DNA of 62,161 nucleotides, filler included, from Syncephalis fuscata S228 (taxonomy: Eukaryota > Fungi > Zoopagomycota), in assembly GCA_025786725.1 (NCBI GenBank). It is 4 parts of 4 records of this genome, joined end to end, with 100 filler letters (N's around TTAATTAATTAA, not from the genome) between each part and the next. Parts side by side here need not be neighbours in the genome. Positions count along the whole stretch, not along the records: positions 1 to 28,601 come from JAHLTZ010000098.1; 3 more parts are not named here. One strand, 5' to 3'. The position numbers and the translations under genes are program-made. Under the pieces are notes generated by a model. That model ran no database searches. It saw only the letters and a program-made list of their open reading frames with translations, and was not told where the DNA came from. Positions 12,436-24,650 of this stretch are shown piece after piece. Position 1 is the stretch's first letter. Every line of letters begins with the position of its first letter.

Positions 12436-13708
12436 TTATTGATTATACTTAGGCAATATGGTTGTTAATAGATTGTCAACAACTTGTGGAAATGATGTAA
12501 ATACACCATTTAATGGCACTTGTGTCTTATTTTCATCCCCTGGTTGATATTTGCCAGTCATGACTGTATAATAATTACATTAATGTGATAACAAGCAATT
12601 TGAAACCATTACTTACCAAGATAGCGACGAAGCTGCAGTTCAATGGCACCACCTAAATATAAAAACGGATAAGTAGTTACAGCAATTGTCATAATTAACA
12701 CTGAAATGCAAACCTCCAAGATCTTGTTCAACATCATCACCAATAATGGCCACATGTGGATATGTAGATGCACTTGGTAATCCCCTATGCATTTGTTATT
12801 ACTATTAATGCTTTGCTATTTACAATTTTACTTACATATCATGAAGAGCCATTTCAAAGAATGTTCTTTCAGGCTAATATAAAGTGATAGTTGGATATTT
12901 AATAAATCAATAAAAACAACACTGCTATCTACCTTGCCAATGACCGTTGCTTTAACATTGGTAGCATACTCTAGTGCAGCTACAAATGGGCCAGGTCCTA
13001 ATGCTAAATTTGATTCGGTTGCGTAATAGCGCGCTTTGTGTATAGCAAATAGTGGACAACCTTGTTGTATTAAATGAAATGCCTTATTTAACTAAACACA
13101 ATTAATTAGTTAACTAAATGCCATTGACCAATACTATATGGGTCGTTACTTTGTTATAATGAAATTGACTAGGTGCTAAACCAACTAGAACAGCATCCTT
13201 TGGCTGTCGATCATCATGGGGAATTGAAGTAGCGGCCTCTTCTTCAAGCAAAGTAAGCGGGCTAATCAATAATAAAATTAATCGATTATGGGTAGATTAA
13301 TAAATAGGTTTGTTGTTTGTAAGTCTTACTTGAGCTTTTGCGTACGCATAAGAGCCGCAGCTGCATTCAATGATGTAAATACCTATAAATATTAGTATAA
13401 ATATTGCATCGTGTCATTTAACTTAAAGCCACAAATAATCGCTTTTTATTAAATGCTACCTCGTGCGGTGCAACTGTAAAGCCAAGTCGTTGCAATCGTT
13501 GAACTAGACTCGTTGCCGATTCCTTGGTTGTATTTGTACAGAAGCGAAACTAAAAAGTTGTTATTTAAAAACTGCAGAATGAGATTGCAATACTATATAC
13601 CGGTATACCGGAAGCCCTTAGCCGTTCTACCGCTTCAATAGCACCGGCGATAGCGTGGTCGCCGACATGAAGTGTACCGCTAAGATCAATAAGCAAACCG
13701 TGCAACAT
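12436..13708 (-). CDS. HAD-superfamily class IIA hydrolase, HDHD2/LHPP-like, multi-exon
   Basis: [17 protein letters not shown]; FCTNTTKES; AVLVGLAP; IHKARYY; [14 protein letters not shown]; IGK|P; [10 protein letters not shown]; TGKYQPGDE. Confidence 0.92.
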
Positions 13709-13899
13709 AGAAGAAAAAGCTGAAGCGAAATTGTGGTGTAAGTTACAAGATGGTGTGCATACGTCACTTGCTCATTTGGTTTGTATTACCATCATCGCTA
13801 TCATAAATTTATTACCATTATTAATATTCGTTTATATCATTTTCATTGATATTATTGCATATTTTATTAAGCACACGCTATTAAATGCGGCTTGAAATG

Positions 13900-14040
13900 G
13901 AACAAATATATCGTTGAAAGTCTTTTAGCAGATGAAACGCGATTGGCATTGCTGTTAATATCGCTACAATTGACTAAATCATGTAAATAAGCAAAGTTTT
14001 AAATTAAATGATTGCATTTATTGTGATTAACTTTTATTAT
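13900..14040. repeat. Dispersed repeat; inverted homologue at ~41228-41365
   Basis: gattggcattgctgttaatatcgctacaattgactaaatcatgtaaataagcaaagttttaaattaaa is a close reverse complement of 41260-41330. Confidence 0.75.
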
Positions 14041-14327
14041 TCAACAATATTATAAATACACAATACTGTTATTCAAATAATAATAAAAATGGCCTTTTAT
14101 AGTCCAATTCATTTTAGCTTATTATCAGGATTTATACAATTACAACTTTTGTTATAAACATGCTAATTTGAGCTATTGTTATAAGTTAAAACCATTTGAT
14201 AATAATATTTTTTATAAATTGATATTAAAATATCTAATTAAGCTAATATCTTTTTTATTTTCCTTCTTTGGTTGCTTGGTTAAAGTTACATCATTTTATT
14301 ACTGGTGTTGTAGCAATGCCATTCTTT

Positions 14328-14573
14328 TTATTGCGTCAAAAACATACCAAGTTTGTAATAAGAAATAATAGCACTTGTTAAATTATTACAATTGTTAGTA
14401 TGTGTTAAGCAATTAAATATGTGCTTAGTACTTTTACTTGTACATCTTTTGATTTTATATTTGAGAATGTAGCAACACCGTTTATAATTGCCAACAAGTC
14501 TAAACTCGCCATTGGCAATCCTTAGTTCTTCAATACTGGTAAACATAGCCCCTTCAAATAGGCTGTTAAGCAT
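14328..14573 (-). mobile_element. Possible degenerate Mutator (MuDR)-like transposase N-terminal remnant
   Basis: LFEGAMFTSIEELRIA…IKRCTSK resembles the MuDR N-terminal G..F.S.EEL…C pattern. The ORF is short and interrupted. Confidence 0.3.
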
Positions 14574-16246
14574 TAAATGTGATTGAAAGATACAGTTAGA
14601 CTATTGCAGCTACTTATGACACACTGTGACGACTAGCAACTTAATGGCTATCGTCTTGTTTACGCTTACTTCTAGCATATAAGTGTTAGTGACCACTAGT
14701 CAATTGCTTGCATTAATATAACATGAACCTGATGCTATTATAAAATAACCAATAAATGGCTTTCCTTTTAATTATCAATACTACAGTTAAGCTTTTAACA
14801 GCTAAATAGCACCTGTAACCAAAGCAGAGAAAAGAATATATAACTAAAGATATAGAAATGTTTATTATAATTTCAACAAAGCTAGTATTTTATAGTAAAC
14901 ATTATTGTTAATGGAATTTGAGCCTTGTTCATATAGTTGCTCATATGTCAGTAAACAACAGGTATTTACTGGTTATGTCCTTGGATAGCTGTTTTTTATG
15001 ATTGTTAGCATTACTATTTAGTGTATTGTTGTTGTGGCTATTCACATGTTATCGTTAGTATGTTGTTCGATTACATGGTAGACATCATAGATCAATCGCA
15101 TGGTAGATAGTTACGTAATAATGATACCGTAATTCAATACCGTAACAACACAACACAGTAATAAAATATATGAATAAAATATATTGAAAGTAAACTAAAG
15201 TCTTTACTAATAATTTAATAATTTAATAATTTAAATTTTATTCAAAATTTAGAAATGGCGTATTTTCAAAATTCCCTTTAGATTTAATGCACTTATCAAG
15301 TTTTGATGTTTCAGTCTTGTTTTATTATGGTTAACCATAGTTTGTTATAAATGTGCGTGTTAAAATTGTCAATAATCTAAAATAATTACTCTTACCATTG
15401 TCATATAACTAATTTGTACATCAAATGACCACCAATTGATGTGTCGTATATTGCTGCTGTACATTCAAAGCCGATTATATCTGAAATGCTTAGTAGATAG
15501 TTTCTAATGTCTTTACATTAACATCAAACAATTAGTTAGCAACAATAATATATGTAGTAACATTTGATTGTACAATGTTCAAATAAACTGTTTATTCCTG
15601 TAAGTAAATATTAATGCCAAATTGAATCTATATGCAAAACAATCTATATATCTTTATAGTTTTGAAAGTTTGTAAATAGCTTATACACAATAATAAATAT
15701 TTGTAAAGAAATACAAGTTTACTGCGTCAGCTTTGCTATTGTACTAGTGGTGGGTATTCTTTAAAGTCCACAAAGATATTGGAAATTGGATTTATTGGTT
15801 AAGGCAACATCAGAGGCGTAGCAGTTCATTATCGTTGTTTCTGGATAATTGACAACTATAGACTACACCGCATGAGCAAGAATTGTAATGACAAAATAGA
15901 ATTTACTATATAAATCCTTACTGCATGTATAGATAGAAAACAGGTTAAAGCAAGTAACTAGGCTGCATACTATCACGCCATCGATATATTGATAAATTCG
16001 TGTTTCAAACTACCATATGCATTCACTTTAACTGGTTTGCATCACACATCAATGGACTATACCATTGAGTACATTCTTTGATTCTTTAGAATAAACATCA
16101 ACTTAAATAGTCCACACAATACGCACAACTAGTCAGTGGTAGCATCATCACACTCTACTTTTTGAAAAGTATCGCTATCATCTATTTTATACCAACCACA
16201 CTCTATCGTTCATTCCCTCTGTTTGTTTTAACAAATCAATATCACC

Positions 16247-18430
16247 GTAAAGCTTTCTATTGCCGTCATCTGCATCATCGTTGTAGCTTTGGTTGCCACT
16301 ACCGCCATGGTAGATGCTATGCCAACTCGAGTTCGTCGTGGTATGTTTTGGTCATAACAACTATGCGAATTGACTTGATAACTAACATTGTACTCCCAAT
16401 GATGACATCAGACGGTAAGGCTTAAGTATGTATTATTGTCCTAGTACTTACTGTACCATATCGTAAACACCATGAACACTATGAAAACACGCAAACAGCC
16501 AGTACGTTTAGCATAGAACAATAGATTAAATCCGTTTATAATATTAACATCTTTAATTTACATTAACAGGAGGTAAATCACAACGACAACAATTAATTAA
16601 ATGGCTGACTATATATTGTGTGTTATCAACTAACATTATTAGCTGGTAAGTGAAACTGTATATTGATTAACTGTAAATTAAACATATATGTCATGGAATA
16701 TTTGTGTTTAACAAATTGTATTAACAGATCGTAAGTGATATTGCATATTGCTTAACTATACACTAAGGATATGCTGTGTGCTGTTTGCATTTAATAAACC
16801 GTACTAATAGCTGGTGACATTTTGTATTGATTAATATACACCAAATATATTCTTTTATATGCGTGTTCAACAACTTGTATTAATAGATAGTAAGTGATGT
16901 TTGTGTACTACTTAACTATGCATTAAACCGTGTGTTTAATAAATTGCATTAATAGAAAGTAATGCCATTGTATATTAATTGACAACTCACTAAACATACA
17001 TTGTATTCTGTTTATATTTAATGAGTTGTATTAATAGATGGTAAGACATTGTGTGCTGATTATCTACATACTAAACATATGCTTTTGATTTGCGTGTCTA
17101 ATATATTGTATTAATAGGCTGTAGGTAAAGGTTTACTTAATTAACTATACACTAAGCATATGCTATGCATTATTTGTATTTAATGACTTGGATTAATAGC
17201 TGCTAAGTGGAATCTTACGGTAGTTAACTGTACACTAAACATATACCACGTACTATGTATGTTTCTACATTTGTGTTAATAGAAAGTAAGTGCCATTGTG
17301 TATTAGTTGGATAGACACTAAACTTATGTTATACATTTGGTGTTTAACAACTTGCACCAATAGCTCGTAAGTGCCATTGTATACTAGTTCACTAGACATT
17401 AAATATGCATCATGCTACATACATGTCTAATAGTTTGCATTGATAGCCAGTAAGTGGCACCCTATGTTGATTGGTTATATATTAATTATACACTATGCAC
17501 CGTGTATATTTGACAATCTGTATTAACAGTCAGTAAGTGAGCTTATATTGCAGTCAGCCATAAACTAATTACACGTACTATGCAATGTTTATATTTGAGC
17601 ATTGTATTAATAGGCCGTAAGTGGTGTTTTATACAAATCAACTATCTGTTAAGCATATGTAATGCACCATTTATTCTCACAATTTGCATTAGTAGCGGGT
17701 AAGTGGCACTATCTATTAGGTAACTACATATTAATAATATATTATATAATTTCTTGCTTGATAACATGTGTTAACAGGACGTAAGTAATATTTTATGGTA
17801 TTTAATTATACACTAAATCTATATTATTATATATATATGTCTTATAACTTGTCTTGACAGCTGGTAGGTGATATTTTTAGATCGATTAACTACAAACTAA
17901 GCATATGTCATGTGTGCTGTATGCTTGACAACTTGTATTAATAAAAAGTAAGTGGCATAGTATACTGACTGACTATCTATTAAACATCTGGTATGCACCA
18001 TGTGGGATTAATAACCTGTATTGATAGGATGTAAACGCCATTATATATTAATTAACTAGACACTGGATCCGTATCGTGATATATGTATACTAACATGTAT
18101 TATAGTCGGTAAGAAATGCTTGTAAATTGATTAACTATAAATTAAACACATGCCATGTATTCTGTACGCGCAATAACTTGAAGTAATAGGCAGTAAGTGA
18201 GACTGTATAATAATTAACTATACACTAAACATCTATTATGCATTATGCGTGTGTTCAATAACTTGCATTAGTAGGTCGTAAGTAACACTATGTATTAGTT
18301 AACTATACACTAAATATATGCTATACAATGCTTGTGTTTAATAACTCATAACATGTAAGTGAAATTATATATTATTGAGTTGTAGGCTAGCGCTATGGCA
18401 TGTACTATGTTTATTTATACTATAGGATAA
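16247..18430 (+). CDS. Putative secreted-peptide gene built from 3-nt microexons (possibly pseudogenising)
   Basis: Exon 1 (16250-16340) reads KLSIAVICIIVVALVATTAMVDAMPTRVRR+G and ends at a GTATGT donor. It is followed by 25 units of intron + AG|NNN|GT, and a final acceptor TATAG|GA TAA (stop 18428-18430). The expected ATG position reads GTA (16247). Confidence 0.75.
16560..18425 (+). repeat. Degenerate ~80-85-bp tandem repeat; each unit is one intron plus one 3-nt exon
   Basis: Approximate consensus gtaagtg..attgtatattgattaactatacactaaacatatg.tatgca..tgtgtttaataacttgtattaatagNNN, ~22 copies. Confidence 0.9.
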
Positions 18431-18769
18431 CCAGTACATGCAAGACATTAGCATTTGTAGTGTAATTGGAATGCCAGTCTATACACTTTAAGTATACACT
18501 TGGTAACAACCAAGATTTTCAAGCAATTATCCTCCAGTCCATTTATATATCAACTACTAATAAATGCACCAATTTATTCAATTTTAATCAAATTATTATA
18601 CATATATATGTATTACTTGCATCCAGAATACTGTTTTATAATGATTATTTGTAATAAAATATAAACTTATAACAGATAAATAAAACTACAACATTATAAA
18701 TTAACTACGCACTAAATAGCATATCGTTCATGTTATGTACTAACTATACGGAATGACTGTTTATTCTCT

Positions 18770-20997
18770 TTAGAAAATTAAGGGCTCGATAAAATTGGAT
18801 GGAAATTGACCACGCCGTATTCCATTGTTACTTTCAATCTCGCCTTCCCACCAGCCGTCTAACTGAGTTGTTATTACGCGAATAATCTCTCCTTCCTTAA
18901 ATGACATTTCTTCTTCCATAGTGGCATCGTAGTCGTATATAGCTCTTACTACAATGATATAAATAGTTAATTACATTGCCAGCGCTATTTATTATGTAAG
19001 CTTACCTAGAAATCCTTCTTTTTCTGTGCCGCCAGTTGCTGATGGAGCACCAGAGGTTTGACCGCCCATTGGAGGTTGCATTGTTGATGCGCCCGATGGT
19101 ATTGTTGCTGTCAATGTTGCTGCTGCTGCTGTTGCTGCTGCTGCTGGTGGTGGTGGTGCTGGTGCCATTGATGGATTTGATGGTGCATTGGCATAAACCT
19201 CAGGTTGTTTACCTGATTCAGGTGACGTTTGTTGTACCTATTCAAAGTTTAATAAAGTAAAGTAAAAGTAATTAGTACTCACTGTAGTATTGGTGGCGGG
19301 TATAGCAGGATTGGGTGCCTGATGTGGATAGCCTGCTGGTGTAGCAGCTATACCAGCAGGTGTGTTTTGTGATATTGGTCGTTGTTGCTGTTGCTGTGGT
19401 GGTGGTGGAGGGTAAGTCTGCCCTTGAGGTGGATGAGCATTATTGTATACTTGCTCCTCAGGTCGATTAATTTGTCCATGATTATAGTCACCGCCAGGTG
19501 CAGACATAGAATTGTGAGGATGTGATGGTGCGGTATTTGGATAATTATATCCCATAGCTGTTGGTGGTGCACTCACTGGTGGTATCTTTACAAAGTAATT
19601 AGTACAGTTCAATTTTAACGACTAAAGCTTACTAAATGAGTAATTAGTATTAGCAGCTAATTTATTCAATTCAATCATTTGACTTACCCGCATTAATCCC
19701 TTTAAGCTCAACAAATGTTGCAATATCATGGTCAATATCGCATTGTTCCAAAGACTGACGAACCCGTTCAAATGACTAGATATTACATTTGCAACTATTA
19801 GACAATTTATTAAACACCATATCGGTCACATTACCTCATCGTCGGTCACACATACACCGGCAAAGATGTTTGCGTAATTCCAGAATATATTTCGTAAAAA
19901 TTCAATTCGCTCCTCTTCCATGATTTGGAATTTCTATTCATTATTGTAATATTAATAATAATACACACATCATTTACTAACGCTCTTACATCGCATGCTT
20001 GTCGCCAGTCATTGTCAAAACGTTGAGTAACAGACTGTAGTTTCTCGCATGCCTCCTGATACTCTAATTCTATAATACCGTATAATAAATAGATTGTAAG
20101 TTATGTCATTTCGTATTATATACTATAACCAACCTGGATTCCGTCCTGAACTATTGCCCTGACCAATCATGTTTAATTTGCTCATCATCTAATTTCGCGG
20201 TTTGTAGGCATTCATACTATAGATATGCTACTTACCCCTGACGAACGCTGAGGTGCCATGCCATTGGCCCGCATATACTCTGCTTCGTAGCGTTCTTTGG
20301 CCTAATAACACAATATCCATGGTAATATTAGCTAACCATCCTCTATTTAAAGTACTTCATTTACCTTATGCATAGAAGCTGTATGGAGTGCTTTAGTTCG
20401 CATACTACGCTCGATAACTGCTGTGTGCTGTATCATTGCTTACAAATGAGCCCATGCCGTTCTACGACATTCTAATTGACCTACACTTTTACGCTGTTCC
20501 TTTTGTGTGGCCAAAAACGCAATAGTCGTTTGTTCTAGCTCACTGCGAATCAACGCGGCCAATTCCAAGTGAGAACGGCCGACAAATTCCATTTCATTTC
20601 TAATACTTCCTAACGAACTTTGCACAGTTCTATTATACATCTATTAGCTAAATTTGACTAGCTGTATTATCCACTGCTTGCCCTGTTTCCTCCCGTCCAA
20701 GTGATGCCTTGGAAAGTTTAAGTAGTTTTTTACCATACTCTTCCTCAATACTGGCTCTATTTCCCTGCATCAGTAATTGTTCAACGCCCTTGGTCCAAGC
20801 CTTACCGCTGAGCAAACATATTCTGTACCTGGACCACTGTCTGTTTTGCTTGGCGCAATTTATTCATTAAAATCTCTACACCCTGGTCATCCTTGTCCTA
20901 TGGTCGTACAGCAGGTGGTTAGAACGCGTGTGCATCATTCGGTATAGCCACTCACGTAGAAGGCCGTGGCGAACGAAGCCGAAGACACCACCGACAT
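18770..20997 (-). CDS. F-BAR/SH3 protein (Cdc15/Hof1/Imp2/PSTPIP family), multi-exon
   Basis: SFATAFY|DKDDQGVEILMNKL; RASIEEEYGKKLLKLSK; a Pro/Gln-rich linker; C-terminal SH3 VRAIYDYDA…EEMSFKEGEII…DGWWEG…GQFPSNFIE. Confidence 0.92.
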
Positions 20998-22194
20998 GTT
21001 GGTAGCACTAGCACGTGTCTATTGAGCGAATGAAAGCTTAAGTGGACAAGTATAGAGCAAGGATGCCGCCTAGATGACTTACAAACAAGTAAAATGATAG
21101 AACGAAATACACACGACTTGCTTGTAACAAATAGGCAAACAGCAGTACTGAAAAGTTAGTTGGTTTAATCAAAGGGCTACAATGGCGTGCGGTGTAAAGC
21201 ACTAGACGAGAAAGTGAACGAGAAAGGGACCGAAAAATTGAGAATTAGAACAAGGCTTGAAAACGTCCAAATGCGAGTGAGTGGATTACCTCAAAGCACA
21301 GCATGCAAGGAAGCTACACGTAAACGACCAAATAGAGTGCTACTGTAGTTGTCACACGTACATACGATGGATCGGCACACAAACGTCATTTTACAGCTTT
21401 TATTTATACGATAATAAAATGGCCGTCTATTTGTTATGCTTTTATTGCTATTTGTCTAGATATAAATAACTCGCAAATAAATAATACAAACCGTAATTTT
21501 TAGCATTTAAACTGCGTCATAGAACCTCGGCGGCAATAGCAACTCAGTACTTGTTAAACTCCGCTAACATTTAAAAATAGGTTTATTTTATTCAATTAAT
21601 ATTAGTTGATATGCAAAACTCAGCATAACCAATAACTGTAATGAATACAGCAGTCTATTCTTTAAAGGACATATTGTATTGCTATTCATTAATAATGATA
21701 GCTACAAATGATAGCTAAAGCTGTATTATTAATTGAAGAGCAAGGTTTTATTAGCACAGTTTAAATCATAAATATGCCTATTTATTGTAATGGCCTTATG
21801 ATTGAACTGTACTTTGACTCCTATATTTTGAGTCACTAAAGTAAAATTTATTCCAATCAGAGTCATGCTGTTATGCACAACATAATTATATTACTTTCTA
21901 TTAAAATGCTGTTAATAAATTGATTTAGATAAAGAATGTAACATACTAGTTGATTTCATTGAAACATTTGAGGCTGATTATTGTTGTTGTTGGCTATGTG
22001 TAGAAAGGTTGATCAAATATTAATAGAAGCCATTGATTGCAATTCCATATCGTTCTGCAGTCGTTGCATCTACGTACAGCATGGATTATTGCATCTGAAT
22101 AATCTTTTCTATTTTCTAATATTGTACTATTGTATTTTGAACATATTTGTAATGTAAGATCAATATTAAAGCAATAATAAAGATAACTAATTAA

Positions 22195-22297
22195 TTACAT
22201 TATTGTATTGATAACTAAACATGAATCAATCAATGTTGGATGCATATTATACATGTTATAGTAATGGATGAGTGCTTAATTGTATTTAAAAGTGTTA
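22195..22297. repeat. Dispersed repeat; direct homologue of ~14-118
   Basis: cattattgtattgataa…catgaat.aatcaatgttggatgca.attatacatgttatagt…aattgtatttaaaagtgtt occurs at both sites. Confidence 0.75.
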
Positions 22298-22618
22298 TTA
22301 CTACAGCCCATTAATCCACAACGTAAATAACACAATATAATGTACAGTCTATTAAACAAATAACTATTTATGTTAATGAAAGGATAAAGGACAAGGCATG
22401 ATATGCAATGATAATCTTATTATCAACGGAAGCTAGGATGTGTCAGACTCTGCTTATTACAATGTTTGGCGGTCAATTCTTTATCTATTTTACACCTTTC
22501 CTTTCTACTTCTTGTAGTGTGCGGACATATACAAGTAAACCAGCTTATACTTTGGCTTTCTTGCTCTACTACCACCAACCACTGTTTGTGTCATCTGATT
22601 GTCCGCATTACTGACAGT

Positions 22619-24280
22619 ATGAATTCGGGCGGAACAAGGACTGTACAGCGTGGTGATATTCCCGATGTACCAGGTACTCGTCTTGATCCTGTCAATGAGC
22701 GTGAATTACGCTCTAGAGTAGCCACACTATTGCAATTGGGCCATGAACGGTAGGGGAAACGAATGCACAGCAGTAATATCCATGACTGATAGTGCTGTGT
22801 TCTTCTATACGCGCTATGGGATATAGCTTTCCAGGTAAGGAGTCGAGAGTATTGTCGAGTAGTGGATAATAACACGCGTTCCCGCATACGCACACGCATA
22901 CGCACCCCATCAGGCTCGCAGCCGGTTAGTTTTACGCTAGATAGTTTAGAAGAGCTTAAGAGGGAAAAGTAAGTACTAGCTGTAGACAAAGAGCGTATAT
23001 TTATTACGACTGTAGCTATTTTGTTTGCGAGAAAACCGATGGACAACGCTGTCTTATGTTAATGTTATCGAATGGCCCCAATAAAGGCTACACTTATTTA
23101 GTAAGATGGGCAACTACAGCACCCACTTGACTAATTGTAATGTAGATAGACCGTAAAAATACTTATCGTTATGTTAATAACATCCAGTTCCCAGCTCCTG
23201 GTGATGCTTCATTTTCGGTCATGCAACATGACACTCTTTTAGATGGCGAATTAGTTTTAGATGTTGAATCCAATGGACGGGTAATAGCATAATACTGGGC
23301 ATAGTTTTAAATAATAACCACCATTGTCTATACTGTAGTTTACTCTACGTTTTATGGCATTTGACTTATTAACTATTGGTGGCAAGAATGTAACAGACAG
23401 ACCATTTACTGTTCGGTTGGGCGTATGTGACTAATTACTATGCACTATAACATGATGACTAATTGGATGTATATTAGCATTTAAGAGATCATGTCTTGAA
23501 ACCGTATCATGCCATGTTACGGGTACGTCCACAACTCGCGTCTATTGCACCGTTCGAGTAAGTGGGATAAATATCTATATAACGTATAAGTTTATCTATT
23601 TCCGTCACATGATAGAGTCTTGGCCAAACGAATGCAACTTTCGTATGGATTAGAGCGAGTAATAAAAGAGGAAATACCTCGTCTTCATCACAAATCCGAT
23701 GGTCTTATATTTACTTCATCGGTGGCAGGCTATGTGCCAGGCACATGTAATAAAATGTAAGTTTATTGTGTATAAAGCATAGTGTATTGATATTGGCATC
23801 ACCATCTGTATTAGATTAAAATGGAAACCACCTAATGAGAACTCTATGGATTTACAAGTACATCTTGTCTCTCCAAGCGGTCCTGATGCTGCCAGTCACC
23901 ACCTACAGTTGAACTTTGGGTTTGGCAATCGGGTACTGTTCATTCATTCTATGCCACATTGGGCATTACCATTGAAGAATGGCAGCAATACCGCGGCCAG
24001 ATCAGGGAAGGACGTATTATGGAGGTAGTTTATGATCCACAACACGTCCCTCCCCACCAATGGAAGATGATGCGATTCCGAGACGACAAGACAACGGCCA
24101 ACCATATTAGTGTAGTCGAGAAGATTATGAAAAGTATTGAGGATGGCGTGGAAGAGGATAAGGTGTGTAACTATACGCAAGTCATTGTTAACCATCAGCT
24201 ATACTAATTATGGCGAATAGCTTATTGAAATGGCGCCAGAAATCCGTACAGCATGGAAGCAGCGAGAAGGTAGCGCTTAA
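22619..24280 (+). CDS. CEG1: mRNA capping enzyme, guanylyltransferase subunit
   Basis: R|FP|GSQPVSF; motif I YFVCEKTDG; TLLDGELV; FMAFDLL; KSDGLIFT; KWKPPNENSMD; WKMMRFRDDKTTANHISVV. Confidence 0.95.
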
Positions 24281-24650
24281 ATTCAGTATGGTTTTTTATT
24301 TGTTTGTGCCTAAATTACGTCTATTGGACTGTAATACCATCCATATAGTATGCCATTCTTCTTATTTATCAATAGGATAGAATGATATCATTACTACAAC
24401 ATATAATTAAATCAAACATTTATCTATATTTTATAAATTATCTGACTGAATTACATTCATATTTTATTGAGAAACCGTTAAACCGGTTACATTGACACTT
24501 TTGATTCGCTGTCATTATCAGTGCCCCTTTGTGTATTATTTCTCCACTTTCCATTAACTAATACCGTTCTTTTTCAACACTACAACAACACTATATCAAA
24601 TAACATATCCTATTAGTTTTACTAGAGAGAGAAAGAGAGCGAGAGTAATC

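Noticed and set aside
16162-16425. Listed 87-aa ORF with a His/Cys-rich stretch
   Set aside because: It is an alternative frame of the signal-peptide exon, starts at TTG and reads through an intron.
17696-18277. PGPERFG resembles animal RFamide neuropeptide precursors (…RF-G)
   Set aside because: The motif is too short to separate from chance, depends on the microexon with a broken acceptor (17945), and lacks a following dibasic site.
16560-18425. CRISPR-like array interpretation of the ~83-bp periodic repeat
   Set aside because: The context is eukaryotic, the repeats are degenerate, the variable part is only 3 nt and is flanked by splice signals, and there are no cas genes.
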